From Octopus vulgaris (lineage: Eukaryota): a DNA stretch of 64,000 nucleotides. Below, piece by piece: positions 1 to 10,370 of this stretch. The notes beneath the pieces were generated by a model. That model was not told where the DNA came from. It searched no databases and saw only the letters and a list, made by a program, of their open reading frames with translations. Position 1 is the first letter of the stretch; each line of letters begins with the position of its first letter. The translations under genes and the position numbers were made by a program. The DNA lies in contig OX597824.1 of assembly GCA_951406725.2 (NCBI GenBank), positions 1,240,001-1,304,000 on the forward strand, in the 5' to 3' direction.

Positions 1-159
1 CGATCCCTGCTGTACTCTTTCGCCACAACTTTCTCTCACTTTCTTCTGTTGGTCTGCTCGCTTAGCCAGCGGAGTGGCATCATTTTAAGGCTAAAACAAT
101 GTGAAGCGCATTGTGACCAACAATGTGTAGCAACATCTGATAGCCTGGTCGGTCATGGT

Positions 160-205
<46 letters not shown>

Positions 206-733
206 AATTTACAGATATGTATACATTATATAAATATATGCTTTGGTGAAAGATGAAGAAAGTGAAAAGACTTTCAAGAAGTTTTTATTATTTTGATTTT
301 TAATTCTTTATTTGCAGTGTTGGGGGAGGGATGAGGGGAGACAAAAGAGTCAACTGTCTCTTCAAGGCCTCCTTTCTCTTCAGGAGAGCTTAACTCTCCA
401 CATCTGATGAGGAAAAAATTTCCACAGGTAATCCCAGGTACATATGTATGTGTGTGTGCATGTGTATGTGTGTGTATATATATAATTTGAGACAATATGT
501 TTGGGATAATCCAAGAAACTTAATAGAAAAGCAAGAATTCTAGGATTAGTACATGGGTGGAATGTGGGGGGGGAGTGAAATATATGCTTCAAGTGGACTT
601 AGTTATGATAGAATGGATTATTGATGTTCGGAGCAAAGAATATAGAGTCAGTATGATTCCAGAAGTAAGGAGAGACTGTTATATATTGGTTAAAGTAGTG
701 AGGAAAGCAAGCAATTAGTCAAAGTAAGACTAT

Positions 734-739
734 TTTATT
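734..739 (-). terminator. Candidate BET1 polyadenylation signal AATAAA
   Basis: TTTATT on the + strand, about 540 nt downstream of the stop codon. It is the first canonical hexamer I noticed in the 3' UTR. Confidence 0.4.
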
Positions 740-827
740 ATTTAAATTCATTTAATTCAATCTGCTTTGACTAATTATTTAGCTTTCTTCATGACCTTAA
801 TTGATACCTGTTGACTTCATTGTACAA

Positions 828-872
828 CTCTGGAACTGTTTCCAGAGGGAAAGACAGGAGACAGTTCCAGAG
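828..872 (-). other. Hairpin in putative BET1 3' UTR
   Basis: CTCTGGAACTGTTTCC (828-843) and GGAGACAGTTCCAGAG (857-872) are 15/16 complementary. Confidence 0.6.
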
Positions 873-1277
873 GTGCAGAATGGGCCCCGAGAGGAATTAT
901 CGAGTCAGGTAGAGCATGTTTTTTTTGTTGAATGTTAACTATATTGAGTGTAGATGTCAGGGAGTATGCATGTGTGCATGCTCATTGACAAGTGGTGCAC
1001 TTGTGTGTGTCTGTGTGTGTGCGTACTTATAGTAAATAGTTTTTCAGGTATTTGAAATGTTGTGTATTTTCACTTTGCAAAGGGTTAATCATCACTTAAC
1101 GATAAAATGGAGTGGGGGGGGGAATCTGGTGAAAGACAAAGAGGGAGATAAACAAAAGAGAAAGAGAGAGAGAGGGTGATAGCAAAACAAGGAAGATAGT
1201 GGAAGAAATAGGAGGAGAGAAAGAGAGAGAATCAGGAGAGCAAATTTCAGTGAAGGACGATTTACAGAGGAAGCTTG

Positions 1278-1433
1278 TCACCTGGTGCGTACAACCAACC
1301 AACAAACTCCAAAAACAAATAATGTGAAGAGGAAGAGGTAAAGCCATATTTTCCAGTGTCCTTCTTTGGTAATTCCTTTTAAACGATGCATAGTTTTCTG
1401 GAGAAGACCCGTTGATCCTTCAAAATCTGAATC
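1278..1433 (-). CDS. BET1: BET1 coding exon 4 (DSDFEGSTGLLQKTMHRLKGITKEGHWKIWLYLFLFTLFVFGVCWLVVRTR*)
   Basis: Acceptor TTTTCCTCTAG|GAT. 156 nt ending in TGA. Encodes the end of the SNARE motif and a C-terminal tail-anchor TM helix. The four exons total 342 nt = 113 aa + stop. Confidence 0.96.
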   Translation of the reverse strand, partial: DSDFEGSTGLLQKTMHRLKGITKEGHWKIWLYLFLFTLFVFGVCWLVVRTR

Positions 1434-1533
1434 CTAGAGGAAAAGAAAAACTGGAGTAAAATACTGAAAGAAACATGTGCTTAGAAATTTATTATTTATA
1501 AATCTCACAACGAGAGACATTCAGCAACAGTAC

Positions 1534-1793
1534 TTTGGAGTAAAGATTATTTGCCAACATGACATGGCTGAACAATCATTCTGTGCTGATGAAGGGAAAT
1601 AACCTGGAAATCACGATACACAGATATTGTTTTGAGCTGAGTGGAGGTGCTAGATTCCCTTGTTTGAAAATATAAGGACACAGATCATGTCATATAGCCA
1701 GCTGGAGACAATGTCTCCTGGGGTTAAATTACAGCAGCATTCGTCTTAAACCACAACTGCCATGTTATGTTGGCAAATAATCTTTACTCCAAA
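1534..1793. repeat. 35-bp inverted repeat (1534-1568 / 1759-1793) enclosing the hammerhead-like motif; Penelope-like fold-back relic
   Basis: TTTGGAGTAAAGATTATTTGCCAACATGACATGGC vs GCCATGTTATGTTGGCAAATAATCTTTACTCCAAA, 1 mismatch. Confidence 0.75.
1580..1624 (+). ncRNA. Minimal type I hammerhead-ribozyme-like motif (antisense within BET1 intron 3)
   Basis: TCTGTG-CTGATGA-AGGgaaataaCCTg-GAAA-TCACGA-TA-CACAGA. Has a 6-bp stem I, both core boxes, a near-palindromic stem III (ATCaCGAT) and an AUA cleavage triplet. Confidence 0.6.
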
Positions 1794-3005
1794 CATGTGG
1801 TTGATTTCAAATGCTTGAACAAGGTTACAAAACACAGGTAGAGAAGGGGGCACAGTTGATTGGTACAAATGTTATTGACTAATTGCAAATGGCACCTGTG
1901 CCAGTGGCACATAAAAGCATCCATTACACTCTTGGAATGGTTGGCATTTTGCCTCTGTGAGGGCCAACACTCAAAAGGAACTCAGCCACTTTGCACCTGT
2001 GAGGTGCTTGATAAATGCTGCCAAGCATTTTCTTTGATGTGCAAATGAGTTTGTTAGCTTGTTGCCTTAAAAAAAATAATACAGGGACATGGCTTCATAT
2101 TTTTGGCTACTGGTACTTTCTTTAACTGAAGCTAGAAAGATGAGAAACAAAGTTGATCTGGGTGAGATTTGAACTTACAATGCAAAAAAGCCAGAGCACC
2201 ACAAGGCAGTTTGCCCAATGTTCTGCCAATCTGTTAAAAATAATTGTATCAAATTTTGGCACAAGTTCAGCAATTTAAGCGAAAGAGGGTTGGTTGACTA
2301 TAACAAACCCAGTGCGTGAATGGTGTGTTATTTTACCAACCCAGAGAGGATGAAATACAAACTGAACTTCAGCAAGATTTGAACTCAGAGCATAAAGAGC
2401 TAGAAGAAATGTCATTTAGCATCATGCTAACGACTCTGCTAATGACTCTGCCAGCTTGCCATCTAAATCTATTGATAGTAATAAATTCTGTTGACATTTT
2501 ATTTATTTTGGGGGTGCACAGATAAATCCTGTGACCCATTGCAAGGCTCCTGAGACAAGTAGGAGGAAGTGATTTTTAGATTAGAGGATGGTCCTGAATG
2601 AGTGGACAACAGAGTGGACTCCACTAAACGTGCGTAAAGAAACACTGAATTGTTAAAAACTGAACTATTTATTGGAATTATTACCACTTTTGTTTTGTGG
2701 AACACTATAGTTTACTAGACTGGCACCGAGTGTCAGGCAGGTAAGACTGCACAGTCTGACTCTGGAAGAAATTGGTTCAGCTCAGCATTGTTCATTTCAC
2801 ATTTCTAGTGTTGTTTGTTGAACTCCAAGTCAAACTTGATGAAGCATAACTATGATGAAGAGGATGACAGCCAACAGCATCCTCTTTTTTCAGCCTGAAT
2901 ATGGGAGAACATTCAATTTTTTGACACAATGGACATAAAGATTTAATAGAAACTTGCTCAATTTTACTGGGGGTGAGGAAGAAAACCTCCGAAGAAACCG
3001 CTTAC

Positions 3006-3062
3006 CATTTCATCCAGAAATGTGTTCTGTGTCCGTATTTCTGTGCCTATATCAATGCTGAG
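3006..3062 (-). CDS. BET1: BET1 coding exon 3 (LSIDIGTEIRTQNTFLDEM)
   Basis: Acceptor TATATTTGCAG| and donor ATG|GTAAG. 57 nt, phase 0/0. Resembles BET1 LSIEIGHEVKTQNKLLAEM. Confidence 0.96.
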
Positions 3063-3184
3063 CTGCAAATATAGAAGAATAACATCATCATGGTTTAATG
3101 TCTGCCTTCCTTGATGGAATTGGTTACAACAAGAAATTACTAACTTGAATAAATGGTTATTAACTCACATTCATATTTATTCTT

Positions 3185-3395
3185 TTCTACTTTAGGCACA
3201 AGGCCTGAAATTTGGGGTGGGGCAGGGCTGTCGATTAGATTGACCCCTGTATGCAACTGGTACTTAATTTATCGACTCCAATAGGATGAAAAGCAAAGTT
3301 GACCTTGGTGGAATTTGAACTCAGAATGTAAAGACAGACGAAATACTACTAAGTATTTCGCCTGGCGTGCTAACGATTCTGCCAGCTTGCTACCT
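3185..3395 (-). mobile_element. tRNA-derived SINE family A (Meta-domain-like), CpG-decayed copy
   Basis: Same sequence as the intact copies at 10968/26621/45175 but with many CG>TG/CA changes (GTTGACCTTGGTGG vs GTCGACCTCGGCGG). Confidence 0.8.
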
Positions 3396-3949
3396 TCATA
3401 TTCATGTTTATTGTGAAAGAACTAAGACCAAGTAAAGAATACTCGTTAGTCACGGCAATCGACCAGGTAACCTCTCCAGTTCTGGTTTGGTTTCTTTTTA
3501 TGATACACACTTTCCTGTACACACAAAGGTAGGACAGAATTTGTTGAGACAGATTTTTTTTCACAGCTGGATGCCCTTTCTGTCATCAACTCTCAACTGT
3601 TTCTAAGTTACGAACAATATTTTCCTGTGGGTTGACATGTTTTCATGGAAGACTGGAACTGAAGGTCACCACTCGTTTAAAACTATTATAACAATGTCAG
3701 GACAAGTAGAGACTAACGCGGATATACTCACACGCAGCACAGACAGACACACACACATAATGAGCTTCTTTTAGTTTCTGTCTCTCAAATCTACTCACAA
3801 TGCTTTGGTTGGCCCAAGGCTAGAATGGAAGGCATTTTGCTCAAGGTGCCACTGATGGGACTGAACCTGCCTGTCCCTGAATAGTACTAAAGATTCAGTT
3901 TTCAATGACCATCCTCTCTGCGGGGTTGAGTCTAATAAAAATCCTATGA

Positions 3950-4370
3950 AATCAGAGGCTTCTTGATTTCTGTTTCATGAGATTTTGTGCTCAAATAAGA
4001 AACGCTGAGTGATAAGACCAGTCAAGGCAGAGTTATTCCTCTTAGATGCTGTCTTTTATAAAAGATGGAAAAAGAGAAATTCCAAAGCTAGAAAGGAATC
4101 CTTTATATTTTAAGACCTGTAATGAAGAACGCAGTTGACCTGCAAGTCAAAGACTGCAGGAATAAAAGATGGACAGGAAAGAAATTCCAGAAGGTTGGCA
4201 CTCTACAACAGGAAGGATTGGGTATGGTTGGTTATGTGGAGCTTAGAGACAAGGCAGACGTCAGGTGAGACAAAACAGAGATGATAAGCATTGGTTGTGC
4301 CTAGAATCTGGTGGAGGCAGATGAGGGAGCTTTGAGGAGGTGAGGGCATTGCAACAAAGGCTGTCTGTTT
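3950..4370 (-). mobile_element. Degenerate LINE 3' fragment (CR1/Jockey-like)
   Basis: The minus strand contains a decayed 'TFWNF-PVH' segment typical of the C-terminus of CR1/Jockey-group ORF2. Boundaries approximate. Confidence 0.35.
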
Positions 4371-4790
4371 GTCCCACTGATGAGTTTGATCAACTGAATT
4401 AGCTGCTCATTGAGTTAGCAGGTAGATGGCAGAATATTCCTCAGACACCAATACATCATCATTATCTTATAACATTCATTGTCCATGCTGGCATGGGTTG
4501 GACACAATTCTCAGGCAGAATTAACATGACTGGACTTTTAAATTCCACATACAATATATTTGTCCAAGACCCGTGCTGCTTCGGTCAACTTGATTTTATT
4601 CACAAGGCTTGTATCAACCTAACTAAGTTAAGGGAGAAAGATACTTATTTCATATGTTAAAAGTTAAAAAGGCTGAGAAGGTGACTGGCTTCATGACAAC
4701 CACAGAGAAATGGCCCAGTCTGGCTCAGGCATGAGCAGATGCAAGGTGAATGTTGATTAGTAGAGGCTGCCTCTATGTGGTCACTCGAAT

Positions 4791-5330
4791 TCATCATCAT
4801 CATCATCATCGTTTAATGTCCGTTTTCCATGCTGTTATGGGTTGGATGGTTTGTCTGAAGACTGATGAGCCAAGGGGCTGCACCAGGCTCCAGTCTGATC
4901 TGGTAGATTTTCTACAGCTGGATGCCCTTTCTAATGCCAACAACACCGTGAGTGTAGTGGGTACTTTTTACGTGCTATCGGCACAGGTGCCAGGTGAGCC
5001 TGGCAACAGTCATGATCGGTTGGTGCTTATTACGTGCCACCAGCACGGAAGCCAGTCAAGGTGGCACTGGCATCAGCCACATTCAGATGGTGCTTTTTAC
5101 ATGCCACCGGCTCAGGGATCACAACTACAATTTCCATTGATTTTTGATGTTGATGTACTTGACTCAATAGGTCTCCTCAAGCACAGGGTCGAAACAGTGT
5201 TTCTTTACTTGCCACCTGCACAGGAGTCAGTCCAGCGGCACTGGCAACAACCGGGTGCCAATCATAGGATTTGGTTATTTCGATTTCACTTGCCCCAACA
5301 GGTCTTCGCAAGCAGAGTTTAGTGTCCAGT
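4791..5330 (-). mobile_element. SINE-like repeat family C with (GAT)n tail; other copies at ~4455-4505, 7691-7815, 7845-8060
   Basis: Repeated CATCATCATC-GTTTAACGTCC-TTTCCATGCTGGCATGGGTTGG...CTACAGCTGGATGCCCTTCCTAATGCCAAC in at least 4 places. Confidence 0.7.
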
Positions 5331-5543
5331 GAAGGGAGGTTGGCATGGGTGCCAGTTGTCGGATGTGGTTCGATTTTGAATTAGAAACAATGAGTAAATC
5401 TTCCACAAGAAAATTTTAGGATGGTCATGGCTAGAAGGCTTTGACTATATGTCTGTTTCATGAAAGCTGACCTACAGTTTACACAACAACATGTCATAAC
5501 ATTTGTAAAAATAAATAAAAGGGATCTGAAACTGTTTATTTAC

Positions 5544-5644
5544 CGATTTCAAGGCCTTTACTTTACCCTTGAGCGAACTTTCTAAATTATCATTTTCACC
5601 TTCAATAAAACTATTTCCAGGTGCGTCGTGTGTTGTCTGAATAC
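5544..5644 (-). CDS. BET1: BET1 coding exon 2 (GIQTTHDAPGNSFIEGENDNLESSLKGKVKALKS)
   Basis: Poly-T acceptor (T)n-CAG| and donor TCG|GTAAAT. 101 nt, phase 1 to 0. The translation resembles BET1 EEENERLTESLRSKVTAIKS at the start of the SNARE motif. Confidence 0.95.
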
Positions 5645-5884
5645 CTGAAAAAAAAAAAAAAAAAAATATGGTCAAAGAAACTGTAACAAAAAATGCATCA
5701 GTTGTTTATAAGTCATTTAAGAAACACACAAAAGCCGTTAGATTCACTTCAACATTTAAATTTAATTTGTCAAAATATTTTCGTCGCTTTGAGACTGCAA
5801 CATGTTCACTGGCAAAATTCCATGCTGCATCTGAGAAAGAAACAGTTAGTTCATGATATATATATATATATATATGTATGTATG

Positions 5885-6320
5885 AGAAAGTAAGGAGGGA
5901 TGTTAGGAAGGGCATCGTTACACTTCCAGATGGGAAGGGTTTTCCTATGATGCTGACATGCAGTGTCTGAGCAAGACCCTGCCTCAGTAAAGCTGGACTC
6001 AAGAGTCATCTTCGTAGTCATAAAGCGAGACAGATGAGTGACAACCTGGCCAATGGTGGTGGTGTTACACACCATACTAATCATATTTGTCGGGCATGTG
6101 GAAGAGAGTGTAATTCGGCAGGAGGACTTAAACGACATGCAAAGGTACATGAAGCCCAGTTACAACTACAGCCGGCTATTACCGGTAAAGGTTTTAGTTG
6201 CCAATTTTGTACAAGACATTGTAGATCTTTAGCTGGGCTAAAAAGTCACATTCGATCACAGCACCAGTAACAGTTAAGCTTCGTGCAATGGCCATACTCA
6301 ATAACGAGGGGGAAGCCATA
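5885..6320 (+). mobile_element. RTE-like LINE 3' end with tandem C2H2 zinc fingers (in BET1 intron 1, antisense)
   Basis: ORF 6034-6270 has CRACGRECNSAGGLKRHAKVH and CQFCTRHCRSLAGLKSHIRSQH, preceded by a broken finger (CLSKAGLKSHLRSH). A short 3' UTR with a small stem (CTC-AATAAC-GAG) runs into (TATG)n. Same layout as 59975-60543. Confidence 0.65.
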
Positions 6321-6839
6321 ATGTATGTATGTATGTATGTATGTATGTATGTATGTATGAAAGTATGTGTGCATGCATATGTGTACATGTGTATGCATGC
6401 CTGTATGTATGTATGTGAGTATTTAGGTATATAAGTGTGTAGAATAATCTTGGTTTATGTCCCATGCAATTTTCCAGCCTTTAGCAGGCAGTTGGGAAAA
6501 CCCCCATATATACAACATTGCAACACAGGAAAGGACTAGACTTATACACTGTAAGCCCTACTGGAATATATGCCATGGACCCAGGCAGATGCCGATAAAC
6601 TCATACAAAAGATAGACTTCTAACATCAGCACACGCCACAGATACTTTATTTTATTAACTACGGAATGATGAAAAGCAAGATTTGAACTCAGAAATGAAA
6701 GGACCATAAGTGAAGTCCACGAGCATTTTGTCTGGCTTTTAACAAATCTGACAACCCTGCTAGAAATAGCAACCAAATTTCCCTGATGCCACAGTCTGGG
6801 GTCTGTAACCCTTTGGCGTACACATTGCTCTGTCAAATG

Positions 6840-7021
6840 CAATTCTTATTTATTCATAGTCAGGAATCAATCATGATTTATCTTGAAGTTTCGTGATTTC
6901 AATAATTTTAATAATGACATTGCAGGGTAAGTGTGAGAAGCTGGATCTGGTCATAAATTTGGACATAAAGCGGATAGAATATTTTGGTCAGATATGGGCA
7001 CTTCAAATGCTAAAGGGTTAA
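6840..7021 (-). mobile_element. piggyBac-like non-autonomous element end
   Basis: The minus strand starts TTAA-CCCTTTAGCATTTGAA, i.e. a TTAA target followed by a CCCT terminus. Inner boundary approximate. Confidence 0.5.
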
Positions 7022-7655
7022 AAAGAAAAGAAAGAAGATAGATAGGGTAATGTTGCTGTAGATCACTGCTGGGGACGGGTGGGTGGAAAATTTTATATAG
7101 GTACTGGGAAAAAAGGGGTTGGTGGGAGGGATAACAGGTGCAGCTTTTAATTGCCCTAATTTTCAAAAACATTTTCAATTTTTATTCTGTATCTGAATAA
7201 CCTTCTGGTAATATTAGGGACCAAAACGTTTTCACATTCTACACAAAATTGATCAAAATATTTTAATGATGACAATATTTGTTTCTTGTGTATTTTATTT
7301 TGTTGAAGTGTAACAAAACAAGGAAGTGTTGAAATTGTGTTTGCAAGGGAAAGGGCAGAGGTGACACCTAAAAAACAAAAAGAAGCTTAAAAAGCACTGT
7401 CCTAGGTCTACTAAGTTTGAGATTAAAAAATAGCCAGGATGGTCACAATCGGAATGTCCTTTTTTGTTTATATGTCTACTACATTAGAGCTGATCTGGAG
7501 ATAGAGAACAACAGAGAAAGGAGGAGAGAGATAGAGAGGGAGGGAGAGACAGATAGAGAGAAAGACAGACAGGGAGGGTCTCAATGGAATCTATAATCAA
7601 ACTAATCTTTATGCTATTCTCTATGTACATGTATGTGTGTGTGTGCATGAATGTA

Positions 7656-7690
<35 letters not shown>

Positions 7691-8553
7691 CATCATCATC
7701 ATCATCGCTTAACGTCCGCTTCCCATGCTGGCATGTGTTGGACGGTTTGACTGAGGACTAGTGAGCCAGAAGGCTGCACCAGGCTCAACCTGATCTGGCA
7801 AAGTTTCTACAGCACACACACACACTCACACATATATATAGATATCATTATCATCATTTTCGTTGTTTAACGTCCTCTTTCCATGGTGGCATGGGTTGGA
7901 CGGTTTGACTGGCTGGAGAGCCAGAAGGCAATGTTTCTACAGCTGGATGCCCTTCCTAATGCCAACCACTCTGAAAGTGTAGTAGGTGCTTTTTATGTGC
8001 CACCAGCATGAGGGCCAGTCAGCCGGCACTGGCACCGGCCACGCTCGAATGGTGCTTTTATATATTTTTGTGTGTGTATGCATGTATGTATATAATAGTC
8101 TGATAATTAGAGAGAAATAACACAAGTTTGAGATAGAAATAAGACCGGGGTTGCTACAATCAATTCAAACTCTTCATCCTGGGCGTGATGGTGCCCAGAA
8201 TGACCAGAGTCCAACATATGAGACCATTGAAGGTAAACATCCCTGTCTGACCAATTTCAACAGTTTTCAAACAGCAAATTGAAAATGATTGTGATTTGTA
8301 TCAAACTATTTGAAAGCTTTAAAAATAACTACAACGCAATTTTGTAGATATTTACACACAAACAAATATAAAGGAAAAAAAGTCGAATTTAAAATTCTTT
8401 GTTTTTTTACTTGTTTCACTCATTGGACGGTGGCCCTGCTGAGGCAATGCCTTAAGGGATTTAGTTGAAGAAATCGACCCCAGGTGTGGCCCTTAGCTTA
8501 TCAGCTCTGGTCCAACCCATGCCATGGAATATGGACATTAAATGATCACACAC

Positions 8554-8681
8554 ACCTTGATTATATGAAGTTTACATTGTTGTTAGGATATAAGGTGTAA
8601 ACTTGTAGGGGTTTCGATCAAAACCCTAACGAGTTTACACAGGACCTCCTAACCACAAGGTAAACTTCATACAATCAAGGT
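8554..8681. repeat. 128-nt nested near-palindrome (fold-back) in BET1 intron 1
   Basis: Outer arms 8554-8588/8647-8681 match 32/35; inner arms 8595-8614/8621-8640 match 17/20; 6-nt loop. Confidence 0.8.
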
Positions 8682-9897
8682 ATATTAATATATATATACA
8701 GTGAAATTCTTTTAGTTTCTGTCTACTAAATCCTCTCACAAGACTTTCCTTGACTCAGGGCTATAAAAGAAGGCACTTGCCCATTGCCTATGGTGCCACA
8801 CAACAGGACTGAACCCAGAACCACATGGTTGAAGAACAAGCTTCTCAACTACACTGCCATACCTAAGTATTTTTAAAAAAAACTTTTAACTAGTTTTGTG
8901 ATGTGATACAAAGCATGTAAAATATTTCTGATCAAATAACTGAGTCCACGTCGGGGATGGGGTGGGGGAAAGAACCCGAAAGCAGTGAAACAAGGGTTCT
9001 GCACTATTCACAATAACAGTCCTACAATCCCTCTGATATAAAGGCCCTGTACGAAACGTTAAGATAATTCTTCGCCTCATCATATCCAAACTAAGCCAAC
9101 GGTATCGTCTGTGACATCTCGACATTAAAACACGAGTAGTATTACAATTTTCCTCTTTTTGTCCTATTTTTTGCTCTAGCTCCGCCGGTTCCCCCAACTC
9201 GACTTTATTTTCAATTGACGAATTAGATTCAACGAACGAAAATAGGCAGAAGGCCACAGAGTTGTGGGTTGGGAAGAAAGAGTCAAATAACTCAGCCCAG
9301 CACTTGGTTGGCATCACGTTGTTCTCCTATGTTCCGATTAGTTCAGGAACTCAAATTTCAGAGCTGGAAACCCCAGAAACACACTGGTGGTTCCGTCAGT
9401 CAGCTACGATCAGATTTCAATTCTTAAAATATATAGATAAACAAATAAATAAAGTATAGGAATAATGCCAATATCGATTCTGAAGGATATTTCGAACGAA
9501 GAAATTCCACTTAACATATTTGAATCGGTGTGTAGAACAAAAATATTTACTTTCACTTCAAAGAAGGCAACGCAAAAACACCGAGTTTTAAGACTGTCAT
9601 CGACTGAAGTTATTTCCCCGAGCAATCGAAATATTGGTCGTCTTAAATATTAGTGACGCAGACATTTCGCCAGCATCCTTGGAGTCCCGGACTTTACTTT
9701 AATGTCAAACATATGTTACAAGTTGGGACGAATGGTTAATGTTAGAGAAGAAAGGTGTGTCCGTGTGGGGGGATCAATTGCGATGGAGCCGATGGAGCTT
9801 AGGTTAATAGAAATGCTTGGATCTAAGATCGGGGCTAATGTTTTACTTTCAGAAAAAGCCTTCAACACGTCTAGAAAATAAGAGATGAAAACTTTAC

Positions 9898-9925
9898 CCG
9901 GGTCTTGGATGTGTTGTCGCCTCAT
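9898..9925 (-). CDS. BET1: BET1 coding exon 1 (MRRQHIQDP+G, phase-1 donor)
   Basis: ATG AGG CGA CAA CAC ATC CAA GAC CCG G|GTAAAG on the minus strand. The MRR start and very short phase-1 first exon resemble vertebrate BET1 (MRRAGL-G), and the phase matches exon 2. Confidence 0.85.
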
Positions 9926-9967
9926 CTTTCAGCTGGGGTTTGTTGTTCCACTTCGAAGCAGAGTAAA

Positions 9968-9994
9968 ACGTCATCCAGTTGTGGCTACGTCATC
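9968..9994 (-). promoter_or_regulatory. Two GATGACGT (CRE/ATF/XBP1/CREB3-like) motifs just upstream of the BET1 ATG
   Basis: ACGTCATC at 9968-9975 and 9987-9994 (+), 43-69 bp upstream of the ATG, in CpG-rich sequence. Confidence 0.45.
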
Positions 9995-10370
9995 ACTTTG
10001 TGTGTATGGAGCCGACTTTTTCTGACATTAAGTTTGCCTGATTTTTTCTGTTGTTTTTTATCTTTTCATTTTGTTTTTGTTTTAATTTATTTTAAATGAA
10101 TTTTATTTCAGTAAAATTATAGATTTTAATTGTTTCTGCTTAATTTAGAATTCTGTCCATCGTAAACGAATAAATCGCGATTAAAAATAAATGTTTGGAA
10201 AGTTGTACGAAAGTAACAATGCTGTCTCAGCATGATTCTATTACACGTGTAAAACAACTTGTGGCATGTTTTCGGTAATTGAAGATTTCGGTTGGAAAGA
10301 AGAGAGGAGGAAGCCTCGGGAGAGGTCCACGCGTTCAGTTGGGGCCTTCAGAAGAGGAAAATCTCATATT

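Noticed and set aside
4750-5322. 190-aa ORF
   Set aside because: Lies wholly within a multi-copy SINE-like repeat; the poly-His comes from the (CAT)n tail.
6034-6270. Stand-alone C2H2 zinc-finger gene
   Set aside because: No TGEKP linkers, upstream finger broken, and an RTE-type 3' tail running into a microsatellite; best explained as a LINE end.
8886-9897. ORFs 8886-9317, 9262-9459, 9410-9625, 9465-9653 and the extension of 9716-9925
   Set aside because: They lie in BET1 intron 1 with no recognisable motifs; only the first 28 nt of 9716-9925 are coding.
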